A DNA stretch of 64,000 nucleotides, from the IMG/VR virus record IMGVR_UViG_3300020438_000007, positions 62,001 through 126,000 of that record; one strand, written 5' to 3'. This document shows positions 39,267 through 48,541 of the stretch, one piece after another (position 1 is the first letter of the stretch; the number at the start of each line of letters is the position of its first letter). A model generated the notes under the pieces. The model had not been told where the DNA came from and ran no database searches. It worked only from the letters and a program-made list of their open reading frames with translations. The position numbers and the translations under genes were made by a program.

Positions 39267-41555
39267 TTAGAATTCCCCAAAAGGATTTCTTTCTGAGAAG
39301 TCTATAATTTGATCTGCCTCTGTCTCTATTTCGTCATTTGCAGCGAAAGGAGTGTCGTTGAAAGACTCATCAGTAGAGAGGATTCTGTAACTTGCAGCAG
39401 CACCAACAATTATCTCACCGACTCCAAAGGATCCAGATGATGCAACAACTTTGAGGATGTTGTTTGCAGTATCCCAGTTAGCAACATATGCACTCGTACC
39501 TGTAGATACTCCTTTGACTATCTCGTCAACATCAAACTCACCAAAGAAGTTAGATGTTACGGAACTGATAGCAACGTATGCAGTTGTGTTGGTATAACCA
39601 GCACCAGCATTACTATATCTAATCTCCTTAACTGTACCAGCAGTGCTTACTACTGCTTCTGCTTGTGCGTTTTGTAGGAGAGGTATAGTTTCACTAGACT
39701 GTTGAATGTATACAGAAGTAATACCAACTGTAGGAGTAAATGTATAACCACTACCACCAGTAGTGAGTCCTATAGGTCCTAGAACCGCTTCGGAAACTAT
39801 GGCAGTTGCAGCTGCACCAGATACAGGATTACCGCCACTAAATGCAACTAATGGTGGTGTAGTATATCCTGTGCCTGGATTTGTCAGTAGGATTCTATCA
39901 ATAGATTGATTAGGAACACCAGACCTAGTTGTCATGATTGCAACAGCAGTTGCCTGAGCTCCAAGATCGGGTTCGTCAATAGTCATGATAGGAACTGAAG
40001 TATATCCCCATCCCTCATATTCTATTGTCAACGAAGAAACGACTCTATTCGCATTTGTTGTTGATGTGACTACAGGTTGTTCATTATCTAACTTGCGAAT
40101 AAACTGTGCAGTGGTTCCTGTTTGTGCATCTGTCTCCTGAGATGTCTCAGAGCCTGGAACTTGTGATGCAGTAGAACCTCTGAGTGCATTATCACCAGTC
40201 AAGTTAAGAGTGATATGATCTAAGTAACCTTCCCATGATGAAGTCTGAGATGGAATGAAACCTTGTCCTGAAGCATCAGCACCTATCTTCAGGAGATCAC
40301 CAGCAAAGAACATAATTGGGTTCGCTGTGTTAAGACTGTTACTTACAGTTCCATTTACAGATATAGTTGCGTCAGTATTATATTGTTCTACTCGTATGAA
40401 GTTCCAAGCATTTAGATTGAGTTGTGTAGTATTTTCTATAGATCCAGAACCAGAAGCAAATATTATGCCACCTGTTTCTCTATGATAAATCTTGAATCTA
40501 TCAGTCCACATGATTGTTCCACCATTGAATGCTGGATCAAATTTAGTTGGGTATAACCAGAAACTTAGTGACAGTCTACCGTTACCAGTATCTCTAGAGT
40601 CAACGTTATTTGTAAACTTAAAGTTTGCACCAATAACATCTGTTATGGATGTATGATGTAAGGAGTTATTACCAAACTGAATCTGAGCAGAAGTTGTTTT
40701 GTTTGGTGGAGTAAAAGTTATATTAGGAACACTAAGATAATTTGATCCAGATTCAGTCAGAGTTACAGTATCAATAGCACCTTCATCGATAGTTACTGTA
40801 CCAGTTGCTCGGTTTCCTCTAGTTGGTTTGAAGATCTGTATAGAAGGAGTTCCTTTATAGTTACCATCATCTATAAGTTGTAATCGTTGAATTGATTTCA
40901 CGCCTGGAACTGTAGAGGCTAGAGAAACATATGCTAAAGCGTCCTCATTACCTTCTCTCTCTAACCTGAGAGTGATCATATTGCCGCGAGATACGATTGA
41001 GTCATCAATATCCTCACCATTCTTATCAGTAAGTCCATCAGGTAGATCGACAACTTCGTCTTCTGGTTCAAAGATCTCACATCTAAACTCATACATGAAG
41101 AGTTCATTTAACTGGTAGAAAGGAACTTTTCTTTCAATATATTTAATTTCAAATAAAGCATTGTCAAGAGGTAAATATATCAAATCTCCTTCATTTGGAT
41201 GAGCAGCGTTTGCCCTTTCTCCTTCTGGGAACTGCTTTATGAATGGAGTGATGAAATCATCATATCTTTCTTTAGATACTACAAGAGTGATCTCATCCTG
41301 ATCTCTGACACCAAACTTGGTTAGAACATCAGAAGGAGTTCCGAATCCGTCTACGTTAGTAAGGTATGCTTCCAATCTAAAACTATCATCAAACTTAGAC
41401 GCAGTAATCTCTCTGATCACTGTGTTCTGGTTAATGATTTTTCTAGGAAGATACAATACATCCTGTCCGAACAACTGTAAGTGTTCGTTCACCAAGTCTT
41501 GAACTAGTCTCTGTTCACTTGGTGATCCATGTAAAAAGAAGGGAGATAAAGGCAT
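39267..41555 (-). CDS. gp14: Neck protein gp14 with large inserted repeat/lectin region
   Basis: gp14 core (EQRLVQDL, YLPR, HPNEGDLIY, FYQL, FSERNPFG) split by GxGY repeats and a LamG-like segment. Confidence 0.85.
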   Translation of the reverse strand: MPLSPFFLHGSPSEQRLVQDLVNEHLQLFGQDVLYLPRKIINQNTVIREITASKFDDSFRLEAYLTNVDGFGTPSDVLTKFGVRDQDEITLVVSKERYDDFITPFIKQFPEGERANAAHPNEGDLIYLPLDNALFEIKYIERKVPFYQLNELFMYEFRCEIFEPEDEVVDLPDGLTDKNGEDIDDSIVSRGNMITLRLEREGNEDALAYVSLASTVPGVKSIQRLQLIDDGNYKGTPSIQIFKPTRGNRATGTVTIDEGAIDTVTLTESGSNYLSVPNITFTPPNKTTSAQIQFGNNSLHHTSITDVIGANFKFTNNVDSRDTGNGRLSLSFWLYPTKFDPAFNGGTIMWTDRFKIYHRETGGIIFASGSGSIENTTQLNLNAWNFIRVEQYNTDATISVNGTVSNSLNTANPIMFFAGDLLKIGADASGQGFIPSQTSSWEGYLDHITLNLTGDNALRGSTASQVPGSETSQETDAQTGTTAQFIRKLDNEQPVVTSTTNANRVVSSLTIEYEGWGYTSVPIMTIDEPDLGAQATAVAIMTTRSGVPNQSIDRILLTNPGTGYTTPPLVAFSGGNPVSGAAATAIVSEAVLGPIGLTTGGSGYTFTPTVGITSVYIQQSSETIPLLQNAQAEAVVSTAGTVKEIRYSNAGAGYTNTTAYVAISSVTSNFFGEFDVDEIVKGVSTGTSAYVANWDTANNILKVVASSGSFGVGEIIVGAAASYRILSTDESFNDTPFAANDEIETEADQIIDFSERNPFGEF

Positions 41556-42374
41556 TTATCCAATCATGTCTAGGGGTGGCATTGCATATTCTTGCATTAA
41601 CTTCTCATCGAGTTTCTCTAACTCCATGACCGCATCGTCATATAACTGTCTACCATTTAGTTCTAATCCGCCAGGCAATTTAACACCAGTAAACTTAATG
41701 AGATTCTGACCCCATTGTCGTTTTATCAAAGATGTGGTATACTGTTTAAGCCAGACATCATTATATACATTTGATTCGCTTTCGGGATCAACAACTCGAA
41801 AACAATCTATAATCATAAAATGATTCTCAGTTAGTTCATTTACATTGATATCCATGTATAATCTACTATTCTTCTTGTTAAATCTTACCTGAACATCAGG
41901 ATTAAGCATGTAATCAAGAGTTTCCAAGTATGATTTTGTCATGGAATAATTTAATAAATCGACCGCTCCGTAGTAGTATAAATCATTAAGGAAGATTTGA
42001 TATTTAATATTGAACATACCCGCCGAAATGGTGGATGAGTCCATTTTAAATACCTTATTGACTGCAATAACAGTGTCTGGCAGTGGAAGGTAGTTTGCAG
42101 ATTCAGTATAGTCGATAGAAGAAATGCCACCAGCTGTGCTAGATGCAGTTGTAGTAGAAGAAATGCCCAGCATGGTTTGTTTCTCTTCTTTAGTAATCTT
42201 ATGCTTTAAGAATACTCTATCAATACCTTCTCCATGTCTTTCATGAAACAACTGGATGGCATCGTCGATTAGATCATCTATCTGATCATCGTCAACATTG
42301 ATCTCAAGAACAGGTTTTCCTAGTTTCCTAAGAGCATATTCTTTCAATCCATCTTTACTGGTGGGTTTTGCCAT
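41556..42374 (-). CDS. gp13: Neck protein gp13
   Basis: LRKLGKPVLEINV, KRQWGQNLIKF, LPGGLELNG, YAMPP. Confidence 0.94.
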   Translation of the reverse strand: MAKPTSKDGLKEYALRKLGKPVLEINVDDDQIDDLIDDAIQLFHERHGEGIDRVFLKHKITKEEKQTMLGISSTTTASSTAGGISSIDYTESANYLPLPDTVIAVNKVFKMDSSTISAGMFNIKYQIFLNDLYYYGAVDLLNYSMTKSYLETLDYMLNPDVQVRFNKKNSRLYMDINVNELTENHFMIIDCFRVVDPESESNVYNDVWLKQYTTSLIKRQWGQNLIKFTGVKLPGGLELNGRQLYDDAVMELEKLDEKLMQEYAMPPLDMIG

Positions 42375-42411
42375 TCCCTCTATTCATAAGTTCTCCGAAG
42401 TATTTAGTTAT

Positions 42412-43110
42412 ATGAAAAAGTATTTTATTGATGAAGAAGAAACATTTGCAATTAGTGACGAGTTAGGCGCAAGAGTAGAACTCATGGGATGGCAAGAAAT
42501 TCCCATAGTTTACGTTGATAATTTCTACAAGAATCCAGACAAGGTAAGGAATCTAGCACTCAGATGTCCAGGCACAAATAACCCTAGAATATGTGGAGGA
42601 GTGCCTGGAGTTAGGGTAGATATGAATATGAATTTAGATCATATGCACGATGTATTCAAACAAATTGCAAAAAATGTGTATGGACTGACAATAAAAGAAG
42701 ATCCTCAATTTGATCAAGCATGTTTAAATATTCCCTTTTCTGTCAACGTAACTCAATCAAAAGATAGAGTCAAAATACCTCATGTAGACTACCCACCAGA
42801 AACTAAAGGTAGAGGATGGGCTGGGTTAATATATCTAAACAAAGGTAAAGAATGTAAGGGTGGTACTGGGTTTTATACATATAAAGGGCAACAAGTTAAT
42901 CCATTCCAAGATGGAATTTGGACAGAAGATTTTGTTGATGATACTATAGGTCCTTGGGACTTAATACATCTAGCAGAAATGAAGTACAATAGAATGATAT
43001 TGTACCCTGATAATATTCTCCATGGCGCATATGATAAGCCTGGTTTCTTTGAAGGAGAGGACTATAGGTTGGCCCAAGTATTCTTTATACCACTACATTT
43101 TTTCTCATGA
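42412..43110 (+). CDS. DUF6445-family (2OG-Fe(II)-like) protein
   Basis: VDNFYKNPDKVR, PHVD, LIYLN, GGTGFY, MKYNRMILY, HG, RLAQVFF; probable start MKKYF at 42412. Confidence 0.7.
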   Translation: MKKYFIDEEETFAISDELGARVELMGWQEIPIVYVDNFYKNPDKVRNLALRCPGTNNPRICGGVPGVRVDMNMNLDHMHDVFKQIAKNVYGLTIKEDPQFDQACLNIPFSVNVTQSKDRVKIPHVDYPPETKGRGWAGLIYLNKGKECKGGTGFYTYKGQQVNPFQDGIWTEDFVDDTIGPWDLIHLAEMKYNRMILYPDNILHGAYDKPGFFEGEDYRLAQVFFIPLHFFS

Positions 43111-43940
43111 TTATTCTTACAGGATACAAAGGTTTTATAGGTCAAGCATTTGAAAAGAGAATAGATCCAGAAAATCTTTATAGAGTTGAAAAAGATGGTG
43201 CATTTGATTTCATAGATCAATATGATAAGTGGGATGAAGTAGAGTTTATTCTACATCAGGGAGCGCTCTCAAGCACTACTGAGACTGATGTAAATAAAAT
43301 TCACAAATACAATGTAGAGTTTTCAATCAAACTATTTGAGAAAGCAATAGAACACTCTATCCCAGTCAAATATGCTTCAAGTGCATCGGTCTATGGTAAG
43401 ATACATGCTGACTTTGGATACCTAAAAGGAACAATCAATCCATTAAATTTCTACGCACTGAGCAAAGCGACTGTAGATTATTGGGTTACAGATCACATGG
43501 ATGAGTTTAAATTGGTACAAGGATTTAGATACTTCAACGTATATGGAGAAGGTGAAGATCATAAAGGATCTCAAGCAAGTCCTATCAGTAAGTTTACCAA
43601 ACAAGCAAAAGAGAATGATGTCATCAAAATCTTTGAAGACTCAGAATATGCCTTTAGAGATTTTGTATGTGTAGATGATATAGTAGATGTTGTTCTAGAT
43701 AACACAGCAGGGAGTGGCATCTATGATGTTGGAACTGGTAATCCAGTCTCTTTCCAAGAGGTTGCGGAATTGGTTGCTAAGAAAGAAGGGGCAGATATTG
43801 AAGTAATCCCTTTCCCCAAACATCTAGAAGGTAAGTATCAAGAATACACATGTGCAGATACCTCTTGGTATGATCACGATTATAAATCAGTATCCGAATA
43901 TCTTAAATTACCAGCAACAACCACTCTGCCATCACATTGA
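43107..43940 (+). CDS. hldD: ADP-L-glycero-D-manno-heptose 6-epimerase-like SDR
   Basis: TGYKGFIG, HQGALSSTTETD, YASSASVYG, YALSK, FRYFNVYG, EDHKG, GKYQEYTCAD. Confidence 0.8.
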   Translation: MIILTGYKGFIGQAFEKRIDPENLYRVEKDGAFDFIDQYDKWDEVEFILHQGALSSTTETDVNKIHKYNVEFSIKLFEKAIEHSIPVKYASSASVYGKIHADFGYLKGTINPLNFYALSKATVDYWVTDHMDEFKLVQGFRYFNVYGEGEDHKGSQASPISKFTKQAKENDVIKIFEDSEYAFRDFVCVDDIVDVVLDNTAGSGIYDVGTGNPVSFQEVAELVAKKEGADIEVIPFPKHLEGKYQEYTCADTSWYDHDYKSVSEYLKLPATTTLPSH

Positions 43941-44338
43941 TTTTTTGGTACAGAATGTGACTCATCTTGGAAAATGACACACATTCCTTCATGTGGTTGA
44001 ATACTATGTCCGTCAAAGTTTAAAGGAGAACTGCCTGGCGGAGTAGAAACATAGTAAACAAATGAGTAATCATTTTTACCATGTCTATGTTCATAAGCAA
44101 AATCACCGTAATTATATACAGCACCCCATAATTGATATTTTATTTTATCTGAATCTAATTCTAATTTTTCTACAACCCAATCTTTTAACTTAATAAAAGG
44201 TTTAGGATATGTATGGTATCCTGTATGTTTCTCTACTGCAAGATTACTAAACTCGTATGTGTCATGAGGCAAAAAATCTATCCATGACCTCAGTTCTTTG
44301 TTCAAAGATAAATCAGGATAATATACAATGTCAATCAT
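43880..44338 (-). CDS. Putative 2OG-Fe(II) oxygenase (TIGR02466-like)
   Basis: EHRHG..YSFVYYV, EGMCVIF..HSVP, RVVVAGN. Confidence 0.72.
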   Translation of the reverse strand: MIDIVYYPDLSLNKELRSWIDFLPHDTYEFSNLAVEKHTGYHTYPKPFIKLKDWVVEKLELDSDKIKYQLWGAVYNYGDFAYEHRHGKNDYSFVYYVSTPPGSSPLNFDGHSIQPHEGMCVIFQDESHSVPKNQCDGRVVVAGNLRYSDTDL

Positions 44339-44933
44339 GATACATGGGTATATCGTAGTTGTAGTTTATAAAGGCAGTTAGTATATACTTGTCATGTGAT
44401 ATATTTACGTTAGATCCGTGTGGAAACATCCAGTTGCATGGGAATAATAATATTTTACCCATTTCACATTTACATCCAATATTCCAATCAGGGAAGAATG
44501 TTTCTCCTCCCTCATCCACATCATTCAAATATATGATACAAGCAAATAATCTGGATATAGTTCCACCCTGTGCTTGATCTACATGTGTTTTAAATATACC
44601 CTCCCCCTTTGGATATACTCTAATTGTATAATCCAATATTGCAAGATCTGATGATGGTAATACTGGTAATCGTAATCTATAATTCAAATATGCTTTCTGA
44701 ATTATATTAGTCATTAAGTTTGCATACTTATGTCCAGCCTCAAACATAAACTGAGTGCAGTTCTTATGTTCTTTGTTTACTAACTTACCTTTATATTCTC
44801 CGTCTTTAAAATGTTCTACTTTACCATCATCATGTAATTCTTTATGATCCCAGAAATACTTTATTAACTCATCACACTGTTCCTGTGACAACACATCTCT
44901 TTCGACATATATCATGTCGGTGATCTTATCCAT
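44331..44933 (-). CDS. 2OG-Fe(II) oxygenase (prolyl-4-hydroxylase-like)
   Basis: HVD, IIYLNDVDEGGETFF, GKILLFP..WMFPH. Confidence 0.85.
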   Translation of the reverse strand: MDKITDMIYVERDVLSQEQCDELIKYFWDHKELHDDGKVEHFKDGEYKGKLVNKEHKNCTQFMFEAGHKYANLMTNIIQKAYLNYRLRLPVLPSSDLAILDYTIRVYPKGEGIFKTHVDQAQGGTISRLFACIIYLNDVDEGGETFFPDWNIGCKCEMGKILLFPCNWMFPHGSNVNISHDKYILTAFINYNYDIPMYHD

Positions 44934-45333
44934 CTATTAAATCGCCAGGCATAATCCTATGTGAATCTGAATCCATATGTTCTGTACTAAACTCAAACAG
45001 TTCAGTATCTTCCAGTGCAAACATACGATGCTTCAGGCCGATGGGAACATGAAACTTGTCCCCTCTTCTTAATATTGTTATCTCTGCTTTTTCTATATCG
45101 TCATCCCATCCATGAAAGAGTTTGATCTTTCCACTCTGAACAAAAAATACTTCGTCTTTTAATTTATGGAAGTGCCATGAACACTGTTTATCCTTTGCAA
45201 TAAACAATAGTTTACCACAATACTTCTCGCAGTTTGCAATCCATTTTTCATATCCCCATCCCTTCGGCACATATTTAACAGGTTCTGCCGCACGAGCATT
45301 ACGAGGTCTTCTACTTGGTCCAAAAGAAGTCAT
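44926..45333 (-). CDS. Cupin-fold protein (sugar isomerase-like)
   Basis: VPKGWGYE, SWHFHKLKDEVF..SG, HVPIGLKHR. Confidence 0.8.
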   Translation of the reverse strand: MTSFGPSRRPRNARAAEPVKYVPKGWGYEKWIANCEKYCGKLLFIAKDKQCSWHFHKLKDEVFFVQSGKIKLFHGWDDDIEKAEITILRRGDKFHVPIGLKHRMFALEDTELFEFSTEHMDSDSHRIMPGDLIDG

Positions 45334-45646
45334 CAGAGTTTACACCTTTGTCGTCAATAAAGAAATCAGCATGTGGTTTACCTAAGATTAAAGAATGATA
45401 TTTACATCCCCAATCACTAAGTTGTTTTTCCGTAAGATCAAATAACAGAACAGATGCCTTTGTACTTGCATCTGGATCATCACCGAATCGACCCATACCT
45501 CTAGCGGTAAAGTAGGTGATGTTATGACCTTCATCATATAACTTATTTATGATAGCAATCCGATCCTTCCACGGTTCTGCGGTGTGGTAATCCCTTCCTA
45601 CAGTTGGACTACAAATAGTGCCATCAATATCTACACAGTATCTCAT
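45311..45646 (-). CDS. Minimal HAD-superfamily phosphatase
   Basis: VDIDGT motif I, FTAR motif II, GKP..D.FIDDK motifs III/IV. Confidence 0.82.
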   Translation of the reverse strand: MRYCVDIDGTICSPTVGRDYHTAEPWKDRIAIINKLYDEGHNITYFTARGMGRFGDDPDASTKASVLLFDLTEKQLSDWGCKYHSLILGKPHADFFIDDKGVNSDDFFWTK

Positions 45647-45888
45647 ATTATTTCATCTCCTTCCACTTCTTCCATTTCTAATTCATGAACTTGATCATGA
45701 AATACTTCATGTTCTCCGATACGATAGAGATGTTTCATTTCGCCATCTTTATCTTCTCCCTCTCCCAAGTATTCAATATCATCACAACGATTTTCACGCA
45801 ACCACGCTTGCAGTCTGTGGTGCATTAGATCCGCCTTGCCTATCGACATTTTTTCCATTTCCTTCTCCGTATAGTGAGATAATATCAT
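45643..45888 (-). CDS. Hypothetical protein
   Basis: 81-aa ORF; its start may lie downstream of the track start because of the overlap with the kinase gene. Confidence 0.5.
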   Translation of the reverse strand: MILSHYTEKEMEKMSIGKADLMHHRLQAWLRENRCDDIEYLGEGEDKDGEMKHLYRIGEHEVFHDQVHELEMEEVEGDEII

Positions 45889-46627
45889 TCCCAGTTAGAT
45901 AGTAAGCGCCAGGATGTGTGACTGATATTGCAGCAGCTCTATTTGCTAAATCAATAGACTTCCGTATATCCTTTGTTCTTAAAAATTCATAGACTAGAGC
46001 TGCCATAAAGGTATCTCCAGCACCACATACATCAAAAACTTTGACTACCTGTGGGAGAAATTTTAAACCAGCCCATAATGCACCATCATTTCCAAGAGTG
46101 ACAATAAGATGAGTGTCATTAGGTAAATGGTCTTTGTCAAGGTCATTATATTCTTTCTTGTTTATTTTCCAGAATACATTATCTTTATGAAAAAGTCTAC
46201 GCTTCTTAGTGTCTACGAACACTGGTCTGTTAAAATTATGACATAGATTCCATAAATCATCTTCATTAAGGTATCCTTTGTCATAATCTGAAATAACAAT
46301 TGCATCAGGATCCATGTGCAACATTGCCATTTTCAATTCAGCATTTGCGATTCTACCCACCTTTGGAGTTTCATCTAAACGCAAGAACTGATAACCACTG
46401 GTAGTATCTATGAATCTTGTTTTAGTTATCTGTTCCCTCTGCGAAAGTAGAACAGTATTAACACCAAATGCCTTGAGATTCAATTCAGTGTTTGCAGCCA
46501 TACCTGGCCTCTCTTCTATTCTAGTTTGATCTAAAACAGGGACAGGTTGTTCTGGACTCAACCTAGTAGTTTTGCCAAAGACATACTTGTCTGTACACTT
46601 ATCACCTATAACAATTACATTAGCCAC
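45794..46627 (-). CDS. Heptose-7-phosphate kinase (HldE/RfaE domain I, PfkB family)
   Basis: RLSPEQPVPV, GMAANT, ISDYDKG, VDTK, VFDVCGAGDTF. Confidence 0.88.
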   Translation of the reverse strand: MANVIVIGDKCTDKYVFGKTTRLSPEQPVPVLDQTRIEERPGMAANTELNLKAFGVNTVLLSQREQITKTRFIDTTSGYQFLRLDETPKVGRIANAELKMAMLHMDPDAIVISDYDKGYLNEDDLWNLCHNFNRPVFVDTKKRRLFHKDNVFWKINKKEYNDLDKDHLPNDTHLIVTLGNDGALWAGLKFLPQVVKVFDVCGAGDTFMAALVYEFLRTKDIRKSIDLANRAAAISVTHPGAYYLTGNDIISLYGEGNGKNVDRQGGSNAPQTASVVA

Positions 46628-47015
46628 GAATCTTCTTTATGGTATCGGTTGTTGAATAATTTAGACGAGGTAAGAACCTTACTTCTTTGGCAAATTTTCT
46701 GCCAACTACATCTCCACCTTTCCAGTCATCTCCTAACAATAGTATATCAGGAGAGTATAATTTTATCAACCCCTCTAATTCTTTCCTATCGTTAAAGTAA
46801 AAAACTTCATCGATATATTTTATCGCTTGTAACATCGAAACTCTGTCACAAAGGTTATTGATGGGCTTAGTTTCACCCTTATCTTGACGTATCTTCTCAT
46901 CGGTATCTGTTGCTACTATTAGTTTATCTCCTAGAGATTTTCCAACTTTAAATAATTCTATATGGCCTGGGTGTAGAATATCGAATGTTCCATTACACCA
47001 TACTATTCTATTCAT
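46620..47015 (-). CDS. Heptose-1-phosphate adenylyltransferase (HldE/RfaE domain II)
   Basis: NGTFDILHPGH, KGETKPIN, GDDW, YSTT. Confidence 0.85.
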   Translation of the reverse strand: MNRIVWCNGTFDILHPGHIELFKVGKSLGDKLIVATDTDEKIRQDKGETKPINNLCDRVSMLQAIKYIDEVFYFNDRKELEGLIKLYSPDILLLGDDWKGGDVVGRKFAKEVRFLPRLNYSTTDTIKKIRG

Positions 47016-48499
47016 AATGTATCTATGGTCTCACTAAGATAAAGTGTTTGAATAACAGAGTCTGCTTGATTTTTAGGCAGAGTGTTCTCAATATAATTTG
47101 TTAATCTAGGTATGACAGATTGATCTGTTTTCCAATACTCTTTAGGATTGATATCATTTGTCATTAACTGTAGTAACCATACTTGCCAGTTAGTACCATC
47201 AAAGAATGAACCCAACTTTCCTGTTTGAGGAGTTTTTACATTGGGATCTTGAATATATTCCTCTATTATTTTTTGCATTGGTGATTTCTGATATTTAGAT
47301 CTAACATAATCCCAAAACTTGCCTTCCCTTCTACAGTAGGAATAGTGCATATTTACATAATCCACTGCACTCTCATAACTACACTTCATTTTAGCATCAT
47401 AGAGAGGTGATTCTACTCTACTATTAAAGTAACCACCATAAAGACTTTCATCCAAATATTCAACACCTCTAATCATCAGTGCAAGTCCTGTACTTTCTAA
47501 TGGTTCAATAAATCCAGCAGAAAGTCCAATAGGAACTACATTACCCTCCCAGAAGTTTTTGACATATTGAGGTTTCCAATCAAGCAATCTCATTTCATCT
47601 GGTTTGATTCTACCGTTCCAATGATCCGAGAAAGCTTGTCTTACTTCATCTGGATCATTGATATCTCGATTGAAACAATATCCTGTACCTATTCTAGATC
47701 TTGTAGGAATCTTCCATATCCAACCATGTTCCTGTGCAGGGCAAGCAGTATATGGATGTTGTTCTACTCTGTAATCTTCATACTTTACTCTACCAGCAAG
47801 AGCAGCATTTATAAACAATCTATCACCTAGATCAGTATTATCTTTACCAATTAGAAGTTGTTTCCAACCAGTACAATCTACAAATAAATCTCCAGTAATT
47901 ATTGATCCATCATCTAATACCAATTCTTTGATATTGGATTTAGTTATATCGTCTGCTTGTCCATCTCTAATAACATTTACTACATCAGATTGAATATATT
48001 TACAATAAGGTATAGTGTGTTTCATTAAAAACTGCACTAGCTTTCCACAGTCAATCTGAAAGGCGTATGAATCATGAGTATAATCTGTTTCTATTCTATT
48101 TGACCTAGAAGAGACATACATTGGAGAGATATTTTTTATATCATACTTATCTTGAAATGATTGCCATAGGTCATATAAAGGTACTTTAGAATCTCCTACA
48201 CTTGTAAAAGAAAAAGGATGCCAAATTTCTTCATCTTCATGACCCCAGCCAGGAAATAATATACCAGACTTAAATGTTGCATCTACTTCTTTCAACCATT
48301 CTTTAGGTTCATATCCCATTTGTCGCATGACATTTGGGAAACTAAGAAGGGTTGCTTCTCCTACACCAATTCTTTCTGGTTCAGACTTATCGATAATTAC
48401 TACTTCAAAATCTTTTGACCATCTACGAGCAAACCAAGATGCTGTAATCCATCCAGCAGTTCCTCCCCCAACAATAACTAATCTTTTAATTCTTTTCAT
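47012..48499 (-). CDS. Flavin-dependent (tryptophan) halogenase-like protein
   Basis: GGGTAGW, GVGEAT, ATFKSGI (catalytic Lys position), FVDCTG, GWIWKIP, FIEPLESTG. Confidence 0.88.
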   Translation of the reverse strand: MKRIKRLVIVGGGTAGWITASWFARRWSKDFEVVIIDKSEPERIGVGEATLLSFPNVMRQMGYEPKEWLKEVDATFKSGILFPGWGHEDEEIWHPFSFTSVGDSKVPLYDLWQSFQDKYDIKNISPMYVSSRSNRIETDYTHDSYAFQIDCGKLVQFLMKHTIPYCKYIQSDVVNVIRDGQADDITKSNIKELVLDDGSIITGDLFVDCTGWKQLLIGKDNTDLGDRLFINAALAGRVKYEDYRVEQHPYTACPAQEHGWIWKIPTRSRIGTGYCFNRDINDPDEVRQAFSDHWNGRIKPDEMRLLDWKPQYVKNFWEGNVVPIGLSAGFIEPLESTGLALMIRGVEYLDESLYGGYFNSRVESPLYDAKMKCSYESAVDYVNMHYSYCRREGKFWDYVRSKYQKSPMQKIIEEYIQDPNVKTPQTGKLGSFFDGTNWQVWLLQLMTNDINPKEYWKTDQSVIPRLTNYIENTLPKNQADSVIQTLYLSETIDTL

Positions 48500-48541
48500 G
48501 GTCTTCTTGATATGGATATTCGTATTCTTTTATCTCTCTCA

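Noticed and set aside
43880-44933. TET/JBP DNA dioxygenase assignment for the island oxygenases
   Set aside because: Motifs match P4H-like and TIGR02466-like families; no adjacent cytosine methyltransferase
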